A DNA stretch of 64,000 nucleotides from Macrostomum hystrix (taxonomy: Eukaryota; Animalia; Platyhelminthes): NCBI GenBank assembly GCA_950097015.1, contig CATNEN010000038.1, positions 20,398,001 to 20,462,000 on the forward strand. The letters run 5' to 3'. A model generated the notes under the pieces. The model ran no database searches. It was given only the letters and a program-made list of their open reading frames with translations, and was not told the origin of the DNA. This document shows positions 46,932 to 58,747 of this stretch, in pieces. The position numbers and the translations under genes were made by a program. Positions within the stretch are counted from its first letter, which is position 1. The number at the start of each line of letters is the position of its first letter.

Positions 46932-49900
46932 TCACTTCTTGCTAGCTAGCCAGATCTGTACTAGGTGACTCTGCTTAGTTAAGAACAGATCCGGATATAA
47001 CCGAATCGAATTACTAGCCCCGTCGGCACCGCTAGTGTAGTGCTGCAGGCATTTGTCGACTATATTTCCCGCGCTATCGCCAATGCAGCGATCCTCTTCA
47101 GTGACGAGTTTCTTCAACGAACGCCACAGCTGTAGTACGCGCAGGTAGCGACGCTGCTGACCTACGACTCGTTCCAGTTTGGAGAATAGCTGGCGCCGCA
47201 TACTGGTTAGAATGCCGCGACCGGACAAGTCGGGCGGTGAGAGACTGTTGCCAGTGTCTGGAAAATTATAATTTAGAAGCATCAAATCGAGGTGGCGTAG
47301 TGGGCTAGGGCGGATCATGACGGACATTGCTGAGAGGCACTTAAGGGTATTAGGGGTGAGAAGCCCTGAAGTATAAGCGGTCAGGGGCCCTGAATAATCA
47401 GCGGTAAGGGGGCCTGAATAATCAGCGGTAAGGGCCTAAGGAATAAGCGGTGAGGGGCCCTGAAGAACAAGCGGTGAGGGGCCCTGAATAATAAGCGGTA
47501 TGGGGCCCTGAAGAATAAGCGGAAAGGGGCGCTGAAGATAAAGCGGTGTGGGCTCCTGAATAAACAGCGGCTAGGGACCCTGAATAATAAGCGGTAAAGG
47601 TCCCTAAAGGGGCACTGCTCTGAGGGGTCTAAATAGCCCTTTGAAGGTTTAGCAAAATGTAGAAATATACTTCAAGTAGTGTTATGCTCAAAACTAACCA
47701 AAAAAGAAGATGACCAAAGTAAGAAAGATAACGAATTCCTCTTCTTTGAGTCGCAGCTCGACCAGATCTTTAGTAAATTCGAATGACAATCGAACAAACT
47801 CATCGCCGTAGAGAAAGTGGGCCTTCATATCGGCCAAGCTGAGACTGCGATCCTGAACTAGCAGATAGCAAGCTGGCGACACCACCCAGAATTGTGAGTG
47901 AATAAGAATCGCTGCCGCTTTGAAGCAATTCAAGACAATCTGGCAGCGATCGGCAGTTGATAGCGATTGAAATTCGCCAAATTTAATAGCGAAATCGCAC
48001 ACCTTCGACAAGATGAAGTTCATACGGAAAACGTACAGATTCCAGAGGTAGTCGCGAAAGTTTTCAGTAGAATCCATCTGTGGCGGCGTGTTCTTCAAAT
48101 CCTGCGAAGATTGCACAATCTCTTGAAGCATATCCGGTCCGAAGACTATTTTAAAATACAATTGCAACTGTTCAACAATGGAAGTTGGCGCGTAGCCAAA
48201 CGGAACAAGATTCCTCGCGGTACGACCAGACGCCATAATTTCTAGAGAGATTTTAACAAGCTCGCGGCATAATTTCTCCCTAGCTTGACGCCTGCGCAGC
48301 ACAGAGTCCAATACGGGATCCTCCAGCTGCTGAATCATCTGCGACAGCAGGTCGCGACAATATTCGCGTTGGACAGGCAAGATTTTGAAATCGTCATCGG
48401 CCATTGAGTGACACTGGCGAGTCAGTTGAACTCTAGTCTGACTGCGATTAGCGGACATCGCTGGAGTTATTGAAGCCTGCTGCGGCGGTGGCTGTGGCGC
48501 CTCTTGTTGTTGCTGCTGCTGCTGCTGCATAAGCTTAATGACAGTAGCGGATGGTAGCTGCTTTTGATTATGCTGCTGCTGATGCTGATTAATATTATTT
48601 CCACTTAGAGTTGCAGCAGTTTGAATCTGTTCAACGTCTGAATCTGTGTCGGACTCATTGCGAACAACTTCTTCGCGTACAACTCCTTCGGAAGCGAGCA
48701 GGGTCGCTTGCTGCTGCTGCTGCTGCTGCTGTGATGGTATCTGGCGAACACTATTGCCAGTTAAATTGCCCGATACACGAATTAGCTGAGCACAGAACTG
48801 AGCCCTACCGACTGAGTCTCTCTGACCGACAGATTTTAGCACCGCCGGAGACAGCTGACGCACCAGCTGACTAATCGAGTCACGTGACCTGCCAACACCG
48901 GCAATACTCTGGCACTGATCTATTAGAGACGATTTTAACTGTTGAAACTCTTCATTAGGAGCCGGTGTACTACGCAGCGGTGTCTGCGGCAATTCACGAA
49001 TTATTTCAATAGCCGTCGACGGAGTCGCTGAGACTGCCGGAGACACAATACTGATTGAGGGCTGTTGATGCCGATTAGGCGACGCTTTCAGCACCACGCG
49101 ACGGTGGAGAACCTGGAAGCGGAGAAAGTATTGGAGAATATTAGATAAGGTTTAATCATGACAATAGCGTGACTTCATTTTTCTTTGCTTAACAAAGAAG
49201 TTTAATTATTTTTACGATAACGTGTGCACAGGTAAGATTTCTGTACTTTCATTTTATTTGTACTTTTATGTAATGTGTACTTTTAGTTTTCATGTACTTT
49301 TATTATTCAGTACTATTGTATACTTTTGTATTTTTGTACTTCAATGATTTGTTTGCTTATGACATGAGCCTGTGGAGTTAAGGGTTTCGGCATGTTAAGC
49401 AATTGCCAAGCCTAACCTTATCCTCAGCGCGGGCCTGTTGCAACGCCTCCTGCAACTGCAGATCCGATAGCGCCCTGGCCCGATTCAACGAGTCGTCAGA
49501 GCCGCCAGAAATTGTCGGCTCGCCCTGAGCCAACGGTCGACGGCCAAGCTTGCAGGACTCCCGACTCATGCCGACGGCCAAGCACTTGCGCAATCGGCAG
49601 GCTTTGCAATCCGATCGACTGTTTGGCGTCACTTCGCACTGATTGCCGCCCCGTAGGCAGACTAGGCGAGCTGGCGAAGTGGCACTTTCCGGCGACTGTT
49701 GATTGGCAAGAGCGCGTTTAAAGAAATTTCTGCAACTTTCGCAGGCCAGGACGCCATAGTGCAGGTTAACTCGACGCTGGGTGCCGCACACCGAGCACAT
49801 CGGCGACGATGTCGACGAAGCAGAGTTGGAAGTAGCTGACAAGAGCTGGCCAACTAGGGCATCATCGTCGTCGCGATCTTCTTCGACATCACAATCGTCG

Positions 49901-50553
49901 TCGGCGTCAACAATGACCTCATCGTCGCATGGCTGATTGCCGCTAAGAACAACTCCGCCGCTAATTGTCGTTGTAGATGTCGGCGAAACGACTAGAGTGG
50001 TAGCCGGCGACGATGCTGACGGTCTAGCTAGCCGAACTGTAACCAACGGCCCATTCTTGCCGACAGTTACTGACGAAGAATCGGCTACGCCTTCGTTGCT
50101 AGGCAAGATACGACGGCTAAGACTGGATCGTCCGACTCCCAGAACGTCGGCGAGGACGTCGTCCTCCTCGTCGTCGCCATTGCCAGTGTCTACAATAACC
50201 TCAGCGACTTGATCGCCGTTGTCTCCAATAACAACAGTATTGGCGACATTCTCGCCGTCGTTATCGTCATCGTCATTGTCGCTAAGCGTCGGGGGCGAAT
50301 CGCCGAGATTGTGCAATCGCCGACGCTTACCAGACGCATTCGCTGACGCGGAGGACGAAGTGGACGCCGTTGTCATGACAACCCGATTACTAGGCGTTGA
50401 TAACAACAAATTAGACGACGCGGAAGGTGTCGTAAAAGCACTGTTGCCAATGGAGACGGACATTGCGGTCGGCTGGACAAACACCATCGGACGCTTGATT
50501 AAATGTCCACCATTTCCACCATTATTGTTGTTTGAGCTAGCGGACGAGCTCAT
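46932..50553 (-). CDS. Divergent nuclear hormone receptor (NR1-like DBD extension), ~958 aa; exons 50553-49417, 49112-47699, 47257-46932
   Basis: C4 zinc-finger DBD CSVC..HYGVLACESCRNFFKR..C..C..CKACRLRKCLAVGMSRESCKLGRRP. LBD signature VCDFAIKFGEFQSLSTADRCQIVL and LRLKEEEFVIFLTLVIF. Intron phases 0 and 1 are consistent. Confidence 0.9.
47362..47610. repeat. Degenerate ~25-bp minisatellite (gccctgaataataagcggtaagggg) in nuclear-receptor intron 2
   Basis: ~9 tandem copies. Confidence 0.85.
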
Positions 50554-51171
50554 GTTCTCCTGATAAAATATTCGCTTTTTGTATTAGATACCAAATTAAG
50601 CAAGTGCTAGCTGAATTTCCGTAGCTTCAATTTCCTTTAGTTTAATTCGTTGACCGGATTTGCTTTTCAAATTACTATTAGTAGTATAGCTCACAACTAG
50701 CAAGCATTCTCGATGCTAGTGCATTTACCGTATAGGTTTTGACTGAAAATTGCTGAAATAGTTGAATATGTGATTTTACATAGAGTTACAAAAATTAATT
50801 ACATATATAGTTAAACAAACAAAGCTACTTTTTATTTTAAAGAAAAAAACGGAAAGACAGTAGTTATCACAAAAAGAAAAGCAGTCTTCTCAGTTTATTT
50901 TATTTTTTTACAGACACCTTAAGAAATGGCATTAATTGCGCAACTGACAGAAAAGAAAGATGGAACAATATGACGTTACTCACTGATCAGTGATTATAAA
51001 AGCAGCATACAAATGCCAATGTTAATCAACTTAAAAAAACTGCAATTAACGGGCAAAAACTTAGTAGTTATCAAACAACCTATTCAACATTAGCTACGTG
51101 TACTAACTAAAGGCATTATAGCTGTCTCAATAACTAAGGATATTTTTGTTTCAAATTAGCTATATTGTTAT

Positions 51172-51290
51172 AGGGGGTGAGAGTGGCAAAGCGGTTAACG
51201 AGTTTGGCTCTCGAACCCAGGTCCCTGACCAGCAATAGTGTATATCAAATGATGAGCCATTGCCATGAGCCCACCTGCAATACTTAATTT
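51172..51290 (+). mobile_element. Internally deleted SINE family B (head fused to tail) just past the UTP15 stop codon
   Basis: gtggcaaagcggttaac..tttggctctcgaacc matches the head; tagtgt..aaatgatgagccattgcc...gccc.cctg matches the tail of 18635-19008. Confidence 0.65.
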
Positions 51291-51319
51291 TTGTTATAGT
51301 TATAGTACGGTCAACCTGT

Positions 51320-54300
51320 TTAAAGTGCATTGCCACCAGAGCCAGCCTGTCCGCCAGAGGCTGCAGTTGCAGCCAGATCCAATAGCAGGCCAATCCTGCC
51401 GAGGCACAGAGCCGACTCTTTGCCCAGTTCAATTTCCCTAGTTAGCAGGGCTCGCAGTCGTTCAAACAGCGGCCTTAGCAATGGCCGAACGCGCAATTCG
51501 CAGGGAGCGGCATAGATCTCCACTAGGTCGCTGGCCAATGGCAACGCATCGGCGGCTAATTCCTGATTGCCCAAACTGTGCAATACGAATTTCAATAGCG
51601 AAGCCACTTGACTATTTGGCCGGCCGGATAGGGCCGTGGCCAGGGCGCCCCGCCTAGCCAGCTCACGAAGAGCCGCTGACGCCTGGTGCGGCTTCCGTTT
51701 CAGTTGGCCTTTACTAATCACGTGACTAAGCGCATCCGAATGACGAAACGATTTGAATAGCCGATCCAAGGGATCAAGGCGAGGCCGACGCTGCGAATTG
51801 GCTCCTCTGGGGCCAGGCGCAACCACATCCTCAGGCCGAGCCGGCATCACCTTATGTGAGGGATTACAAAATACTTTGTAAACCAAAGACCATAATGTTG
51901 TCTTGAATTACAGGTATCGCATATTATATACGAGTTACGAATTAAATATCCCCTAGAATCCTTCCACAAAAAGTAACTTTCCAATCAGTTTTTTTCCATA
52001 TAAAACGACTTTAAAGCTGGTTTTTCCTATCAAGTGGTTTTTTAACGTTTTTTCTCATAGAGTGACTTTCCAATCGAGTTTTTCCATACAGTGACTTTCC
52101 CATTCGATATTTGTCTATTGAGTGACTTTCTAATCGGGTTTTTACCATAGTGCGACTTTCTAATCGGGTTTTGACCATAGAATGACTTTGTAATTAGGTT
52201 TTTACCATAGAGCGACTTTATAATAGAGTTTTTGCGATAGAATGACTTTTTAATCAGGTTTTTAACATAGAGCGACTTTATAATCGGGGTTTTCCATAGA
52301 GCGACTTTTTAGTTTTTCCCGTAGAGTGACTTTGTAATCTAGTTTTTAGAGTAACTTTCTAATCGAGCTTTTCCTTTCCGAGCGATTTTGCCGTTAAGGT
52401 TTTACCAGCGAGATTATACCCTCACCTGGTCAGCTTTCACAGCCTTCAAATAAGGATTCTTGCTAGCGGCTGCAGAGATTTTAGCGGCGGCGGCAGCAAC
52501 AGTCGCCGGCGACTCGTAGCGGCGTGTGAGCAGCCAGCGATCGTTTGTGCCTAAAGCTAAGCAGTCGGAGTCGCTAGGTGACAGGGCCATGCAGAGTATG
52601 CCGCAGTTCGGGTACTCGTATTTCTGCACCTCTTCGTAGGTGAGAAGATCCGTCACCTAGAAGGATGTAAAACAAATATTGACAGTTAGATTAATGAGAT
52701 TCATCAAGAAATTGCACCTAGTCTAAATTTGGCCAGATGTTCAGTCCACGGACTGTGGAAGCCGACTTAATTACCATATTCGTAAAAGCACTAGAGAAGA
52801 ATTAAGTGCCTTGCCTTTAAAAACACATATCGTTTCCTTTTGGCTCAGATACGAGCTCCCAACCTTTGGTCAGATATCTGCTAGCTACATCCACAATAAA
52901 TTTTGTTTCCTAGTTAACGCTGGTAACCATAACTTTGCAAATTGGTTGAGATTCGAACTCCGGACCTCTAGCCATCGGAATAAAACCTCAAACTCTAATA
53001 GTAATGAGAAGACATTATGTTTTTATTGTTTAGAAATGTATTTTTTACTTATTAATAATTGATTTCGCCTGCCCCAGTTGGGTCAGATGTGCAGCCAACA
53101 GCACAGCCGCAGCTATTGCGCGGCGCATCTGAAGGCTGCGTACGGCTGTTCAGTCCATGGACTGGGGGACGCCACACCTATTCTCAATTACCACAGCTAA
53201 TGCCTGTACCCATTTAACAGCCGGATGAACGCGGGTTTAATTGTATTGCTAAGTTCCAGTGGAGTCAAGAATCGAAGCCACGATGTTCAAGTTGTAACTA
53301 CGAGGCAAAAACCCTTTAATGAAAAAATGTCAAACCTCACCTTAACTAATCCATCGAGTCCGCAGGAAATCAGTGCGCCTCTACCAACGGCCAAATCTGT
53401 GACGTGCTTATGATGCCTCCTATAGGCAGCAATCTGCCTGCCGGCCTGGTGCAACGAGAGCGCCCTAACCCAACAGTCGCCAGCTAGGTAGAGAGCATTA
53501 TCGCCTGGTGCCAGTCGTACACAAGTCACGGGATGATCGTAGGTCAGGACCAGTGCCGGTCTAGGCTGGCGCGGATCGAGAAGGTAGGCTTTGCCGTTGG
53601 CTAGGCCGCAGGCTAGCAGGTTGCAATCAGTCTGGCTGGCATCCAGAGCCGTGGCTTTGTCAACTGCGACGCCGGTTGTGTCTACAGCTGAGGCTTCGCC
53701 GTTAGTTGACAAATCGAATTCCATCAATGGTTGGCCCTAGTAAGCGATGATCAGTCAAATAACAAACAGATAGCATTCATATTTAATATGTGAAATTTGA
53801 GAAATTAGCGTCAGGGTGTCCATAGTGGCTTATTTCCACCTGTTGTAGCCTTTGAAGGTCCTGCAGTCTGTCTAGATAAAGGTAGGGGACCACCGAAGAC
53901 GGAGATGATGCAGGCAGATTCGGCTGACGTGCTGATAGATTTTGAAGGCCTGGCAAGGCCAGAACTGAGGCCAGAACTTTTGAATATTTCGACGGCTTGA
54001 AGGGCTAACAACTTGATTCTTGTTTCAGAAGATGCGCAACAAAAATTTGACCCGTGTTCTAGAGTTTCGTGTACTTGCTCAAGTTTCATCTTGGTGTTAA
54101 TTCTGTTAAAAATGTATTGACTTCGGAAAAAATCCCCCAGATTTGACATACCTGCGGATCGGAAACGTCCCACAGTAGGCAGCGTCCGTCTTCCGCACAC
54201 GATGCCAGCCTCGGCGCAGACCTGGCCAGGACTCCGACCGAGTCAGCCGTGCCGGAACTGCCACCGGCTAAGAACGCCAGTCCGGAGACGGCGGCTGTGT

Positions 54301-57300
54301 GAGCAGTCACGTGACGTAGTTCGGTTCGCATAGCAACACTGTGCACAGATAAGTGGCCATTGGTTTCGCCAACGGCAAGGAGACCGCCGCTGCTGACGCC
54401 ATCGACGCCGCCAAGATAAGCCAGCGAGCGAACAGGCGATTTGAACCGATGAAAATTTTTCAGTACGGCATTGTTTGCACTTGGATCGCGTATTTCTACC
54501 TGTTGGATTAAGTTTTGCGTTTGTAGAATAGAACAGCGCAGATTATAGCCTTATCATTCTGAGGGATTGAAGGTCAGTTTCCTGAAGGTTGGGATGTTGG
54601 CTATCTGAAGGATTTAATGTCAGTTTCCTGAAAGTTGGGATGTTGGCTATCTGAAGGATTTAATGTCAGTTTCCTGAAGGTTGGGATGTTGGCTATCTGA
54701 GGGATTGAAGGTCAGTTTCCTGAAGGTTGGGATGTTGGCTATCTGAGGGATTCAAGGTCAGTTTCCTGAAGGTTGGGATGTTGGCTATCTGAAGGATTTA
54801 ATGTCAGTTTCCTGAAGGTTGGGATGTTGGCTATCTGAAGGATTTAATGTCAGTTTCCTAAAGGTTGGGATGTTGGCTATCTGAGGGATTGAAGGTCAGT
54901 TTCCTAAAGGTTGGGATGTTGGCTATCTGAAGGATTTAATGTCAGTTTCCTGAAGGTTGGGATGTTGGCTATCTGAGGGATTCAAGGTCAGTTTCCTAAA
55001 GGTTGGGATGTTGGCTATCTGAGGGATTGAAGGTCAGTTTCCTAAAGGTTGGGATGTTGGCTATCTGAAGGATTTAATGTCAGTTTCCTGAAGGTTGGGA
55101 TGTTGGCTATCTGAGGGATTGAAGGTCAGTTTCCTAAAGGTTGGGATGTTGGCTATCTGAAGGATTTAATGTCAGTTTCCTGAAGGTTGGGATGTTGGCT
55201 ATCTGAGGGATTCAAGGTCAGTTTCCTAAAGGTTGGGATGTTGGCTATCTGAGGGATTCAAGGTCAGTTTCCTAAAGGTTGGGATGTTGGCTATCTGAAG
55301 GATTTAATGTCAGTTTCCTGAAGGTTGCGATGTTGGCTATCTGAAGTATTTAATGTCAGTTTCCTGAAGGTTGGGATGTTGGCTATCTGAAGGATTTGAG
55401 GTCAGTTTCCTGAAGGATGGGATGTTGGCTATCTGAAGGATTTAATGTCAGTTTCCTGAAGGTTGGGATGTTGGCTATCTGAAGGATTTAATGTCAGTTT
55501 CCTGAAGGTTGGGATGTTGGCTATCTGAAGGATTTGAGGTCAGTTTCCTGAAGGATGGGAGTCCGGATCTCTGAAAGTAAAAGATCCCAGTTGTCTGAAC
55601 TTTGATCTTTGAACAAAGCTTTGAACTTTGATTCAGGGTCAAAGCTCAAACATCAAAGGTGTTACATACCTGGAAGCCGCTTGCAACAGCAAAGTTAGGC
55701 GCAGTCTGACTGTACTTTAGGCAGCAAACTGGATCGTCCAATTTGTTGAATGGGCCATTCTAAAATATGTGAATCAATGTTGGGCAGTTTTTTTCAACAC
55801 TGATTAATCAAAATCATTTTTTACAATATTATTTCTCAGTGAGTTTTTTATTTTGTAGTCGACAGTAATTTAAAAAAGCATTAATTAAAATGCACAGAAG
55901 ACTATTAAAACTGAACAGTATGGGCCAGATAAAGACTAAAATCTATAAATTTTTATGATCTACTGATAAAACAAAATTTACTATTCACAAAACCTGTTCA
56001 GTTTGTTAGATTTTTATTAATAATCAATAATAAAGTTTATTGTTATTTTACAAAATATTGCCTAAAATCTCTAGGTAGCAACATTTCTTTTGTAATACTG
56101 AAATTATAAACTTAATAATATGAAAAGAAATTTAATAAACTTTATTGATCTTGCATTAAGTTAAAAGTTTAGGAATCCAAAAGCCAGTTTTTTTAAATTG
56201 CTCATATATTATTATATGTCTATATTGTATAAAGAGAGGCCCATCAATATTTTATTACATACATGATTACATGAAAAAAACTTCAATAAAATGAAATGCA
56301 ATAAATAAAATTGATGCAGACCTCTTAATTCAGAGTAACAAATTATTTAATACACCAAATTACTAAACAAACAAATAAACTGTGATTTCTACAATTTAGA
56401 TGGTTTTGAGATCAGATTATGAAATTTGAATAACCTAGCTAAATGTTTACTTTTTTACTACATTCTTAACTAACTTGTTTTATGTCATCCATTTAGAATA
56501 AGATAGCTTTTATGTCTAATAAGATTTTTTATGTCAGGCATTTATAGCAAAAATGAACACGAGGGTAGCCAGACAGATAAAGTTATTCTAATTGTACATG
56601 TACTTTATTTTTATACAGCTATAAAGAAGTGACATTACACTTTTAAATTCTAAATTATATATTTAAAAATTTTATTTTTTTTATTATAAAATATAATCAT
56701 TTAGAAAAGCACTAAATTTTAATTTTGATTTGGCAGGACTTATTAGCATGGCATTTGACATTTTATTTTTAAAGATCTTTTCCCATACATCCATTCAAAT
56801 AATGCCCACCTTATCCACACAGCAGCTTGCTATAGAATAGGCATGCCAATAAGCTGTCTTAAAATTAATTTAAAAATCTGATTGCACACCATTTCTAGCT
56901 AGCTTTTTATAATGCATCACATTTTTGAAATACTTTGCAAAATCTGCTCCTTCTATCCCATATTGAGGACAGCGTTCTCTGTACCCAAAGGGAAATTGAA
57001 TATTATATAATTTTTTACATTTTAGACTTAAACTTAAAGCCAAGACATAGAAAGTTTTGCATTAAAAATATTTTTTAAAGTCTATTATTGCAAGATTATT
57101 AGATTTTTTGCAAATGACCAAACAAATGTGTACTGTACACTTAAATAAAGTAAAAAAGATATCTCTTTTTAGGCAAAAACATGTTAGCATTGTTAAGTTA
57201 ATTAGTAACTTTTTTGAACATCATTTACTTTTTTAGTCTTTTTACTTTGATGAATTTTACTTTGAAATTGTGATTTCTTACTTGTATTTGTCAATTCATA

Positions 57301-58747
57301 TAATGCTTAAAAATATTTTCAATCAAATTCTTATCTTTTATACAGACTTGATACTTGAGGGCTATGTATAATAAAACTGTATGCAAGCTAGCCAACATCA
57401 AGAAAATTTTATGCTAGGCTTTTATGCTATATTATGATTGCTCTTGAAATGTATGCTATAGCAGCTATACCAGTGAGAGAAACAAGTATACACTGGAAAT
57501 ATCCAGGACATACCTGGTCAACCTAGTCAAATTAACTAAGTGAAATGTAGGCCAAGCAAAACAGGTCACAAAAATCAACAGACAAAAGGTAAAAAATCAA
57601 TAGGGAACCAAGGGACAAGGAGGGATAGAAGAAAGCACAAAGAAAAGAAAAAAACATAGAAAGAGAAGAGCAGAGAGAAAAGAAGAAAATAAGAAAAGAG
57701 AAGACAAAGATGTGAAAAGGATAAACAAACTAGTTTGAGGTCAAGTTTTAAAGAAACTAAGTTGCTGAGCCAAAATGATGAGCCAATAATTTACATTACC
57801 TGAATTGCACTTTTGATGTTGCCAATGGCCACATCTAGCATACTGAAATGCATACTGCCTAGCTATACTAACAGCATGGCAAACAACACTATCATCAATG
57901 ACAGCTAAAGCTTGAAGACAATTAAACATTATTCTTAAAATACTTTAAAAAAGCTGAAAAAATTCTATGAATGATGCTATTAAATGAAAATTATATTGGC
58001 TTGTTTCACTAAAAACAATTTATAATCATCATCAATATTTAAAAATTTCATATTAAAATACTCTTTCTGAAATAAAAGAAATGTTAAGGAATATTATTTT
58101 TTTTTCCAGTTCTCATACAGTTTCAAAAAATGCTTACTACATTTGTCTACTGGTAGACAAAATAACTGTGCATCAAAGCAATCCATGGGTGCCTCTCTGT
58201 GCATAGGCATAGGAATGATTAAAAAAGTGGGGGGACGGCAAGGCCAAGGGGAGGATCCATTTTCCCGAAAAAAAATCCCAAAAATGACAATTGTTATTAT
58301 TTCAATATTGCAACAAAGCAGCAAAATCCAAAAATAAGAGTAAAAAACTAAGCAAAAAGTCAACATTTTGCATTTAAAATGTGGGTGGGCCAGATCTTAT
58401 TACTGCCTCCCCCCAACTTAAAAAGTGGGGGGGGGCCATGGCCCCACTTTCCCCCCTGTTCCTACGCCTATGTCTCTGTGTACACAAGTCATGTTGACCA
58501 GTGATGCAAATAAAATGTTCTAAAACAAATTTGCAAGGCTTATAGATTTTATTACATGAAATATATGCTGTTACACTTTGCCTTACTTTAAATATTAGTA
58601 ACATTTTAATTAAAACAACCTAATCACAATAAGAAAATCTCTATTGAGTAAAATCCTTACCTTGAGGTTAGGCCAAAAAAGCTGCTTCTGGAATTCCTGT
58701 TTTCTTTTAACATCAAATGACACTGTCAAACCCTTAAAATGTGCCAT
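51320..58747 (-). CDS. UTP15: U3 snoRNA-associated protein 15 (WD40 + UTP15 C-terminal domain), ~560 aa; exons 58747-58661, 55759-55670, 54499-54152, 53736-53341, 52656-52426, 51850-51320
   Basis: Colinear with UTP15: MAHFK..FWPNLK, KNFHRFK, AHTAAV, HHKHVTDL, SCGLDGLVKV, ILCMALSP; C-terminal LDRLFKSFRHSDAL..LRELARRGALATALSGR..LLKFV. All introns are phase 0. Confidence 0.88.
52000..52385. repeat. Degenerate ~29-bp minisatellite (ccatagagcgactttctaatcgggttttt) in UTP15 intron 5
   Basis: Periodic gacttt core. Confidence 0.8.
53053..53298 (-). mobile_element. SINE family A copy in UTP15 intron 4 (a further decayed piece lies at ~52735-52775)
   Basis: Near-identical reverse complement of 45830-45995; head region decayed. 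Confidence 0.88.
54557..55560. repeat. 46-bp minisatellite (tctgaaggatttaatgtcagtttcctgaaggttgggatgttggcta) in UTP15 intron 2
   Basis: ~22 tandem copies, two interspersed variants. Confidence 0.95.
58202..58472. mobile_element. hAT-like MITE, 271 bp
   Basis: 14-bp TIRs cataggc(a/g)taggaa; 8-bp TSD tctctgtg (58194-58201, 58473-58480). Confidence 0.8.

Noticed and set aside
53811-54090. Moderately GC-rich segment and 129-aa ORF in UTP15 intron 3; considered as a snoRNA or extra exon
   Set aside because: No convincing C/D or H/ACA boxes on the sense strand, no recognisable protein similarity, and UTP15 exons 3-4 already join in frame
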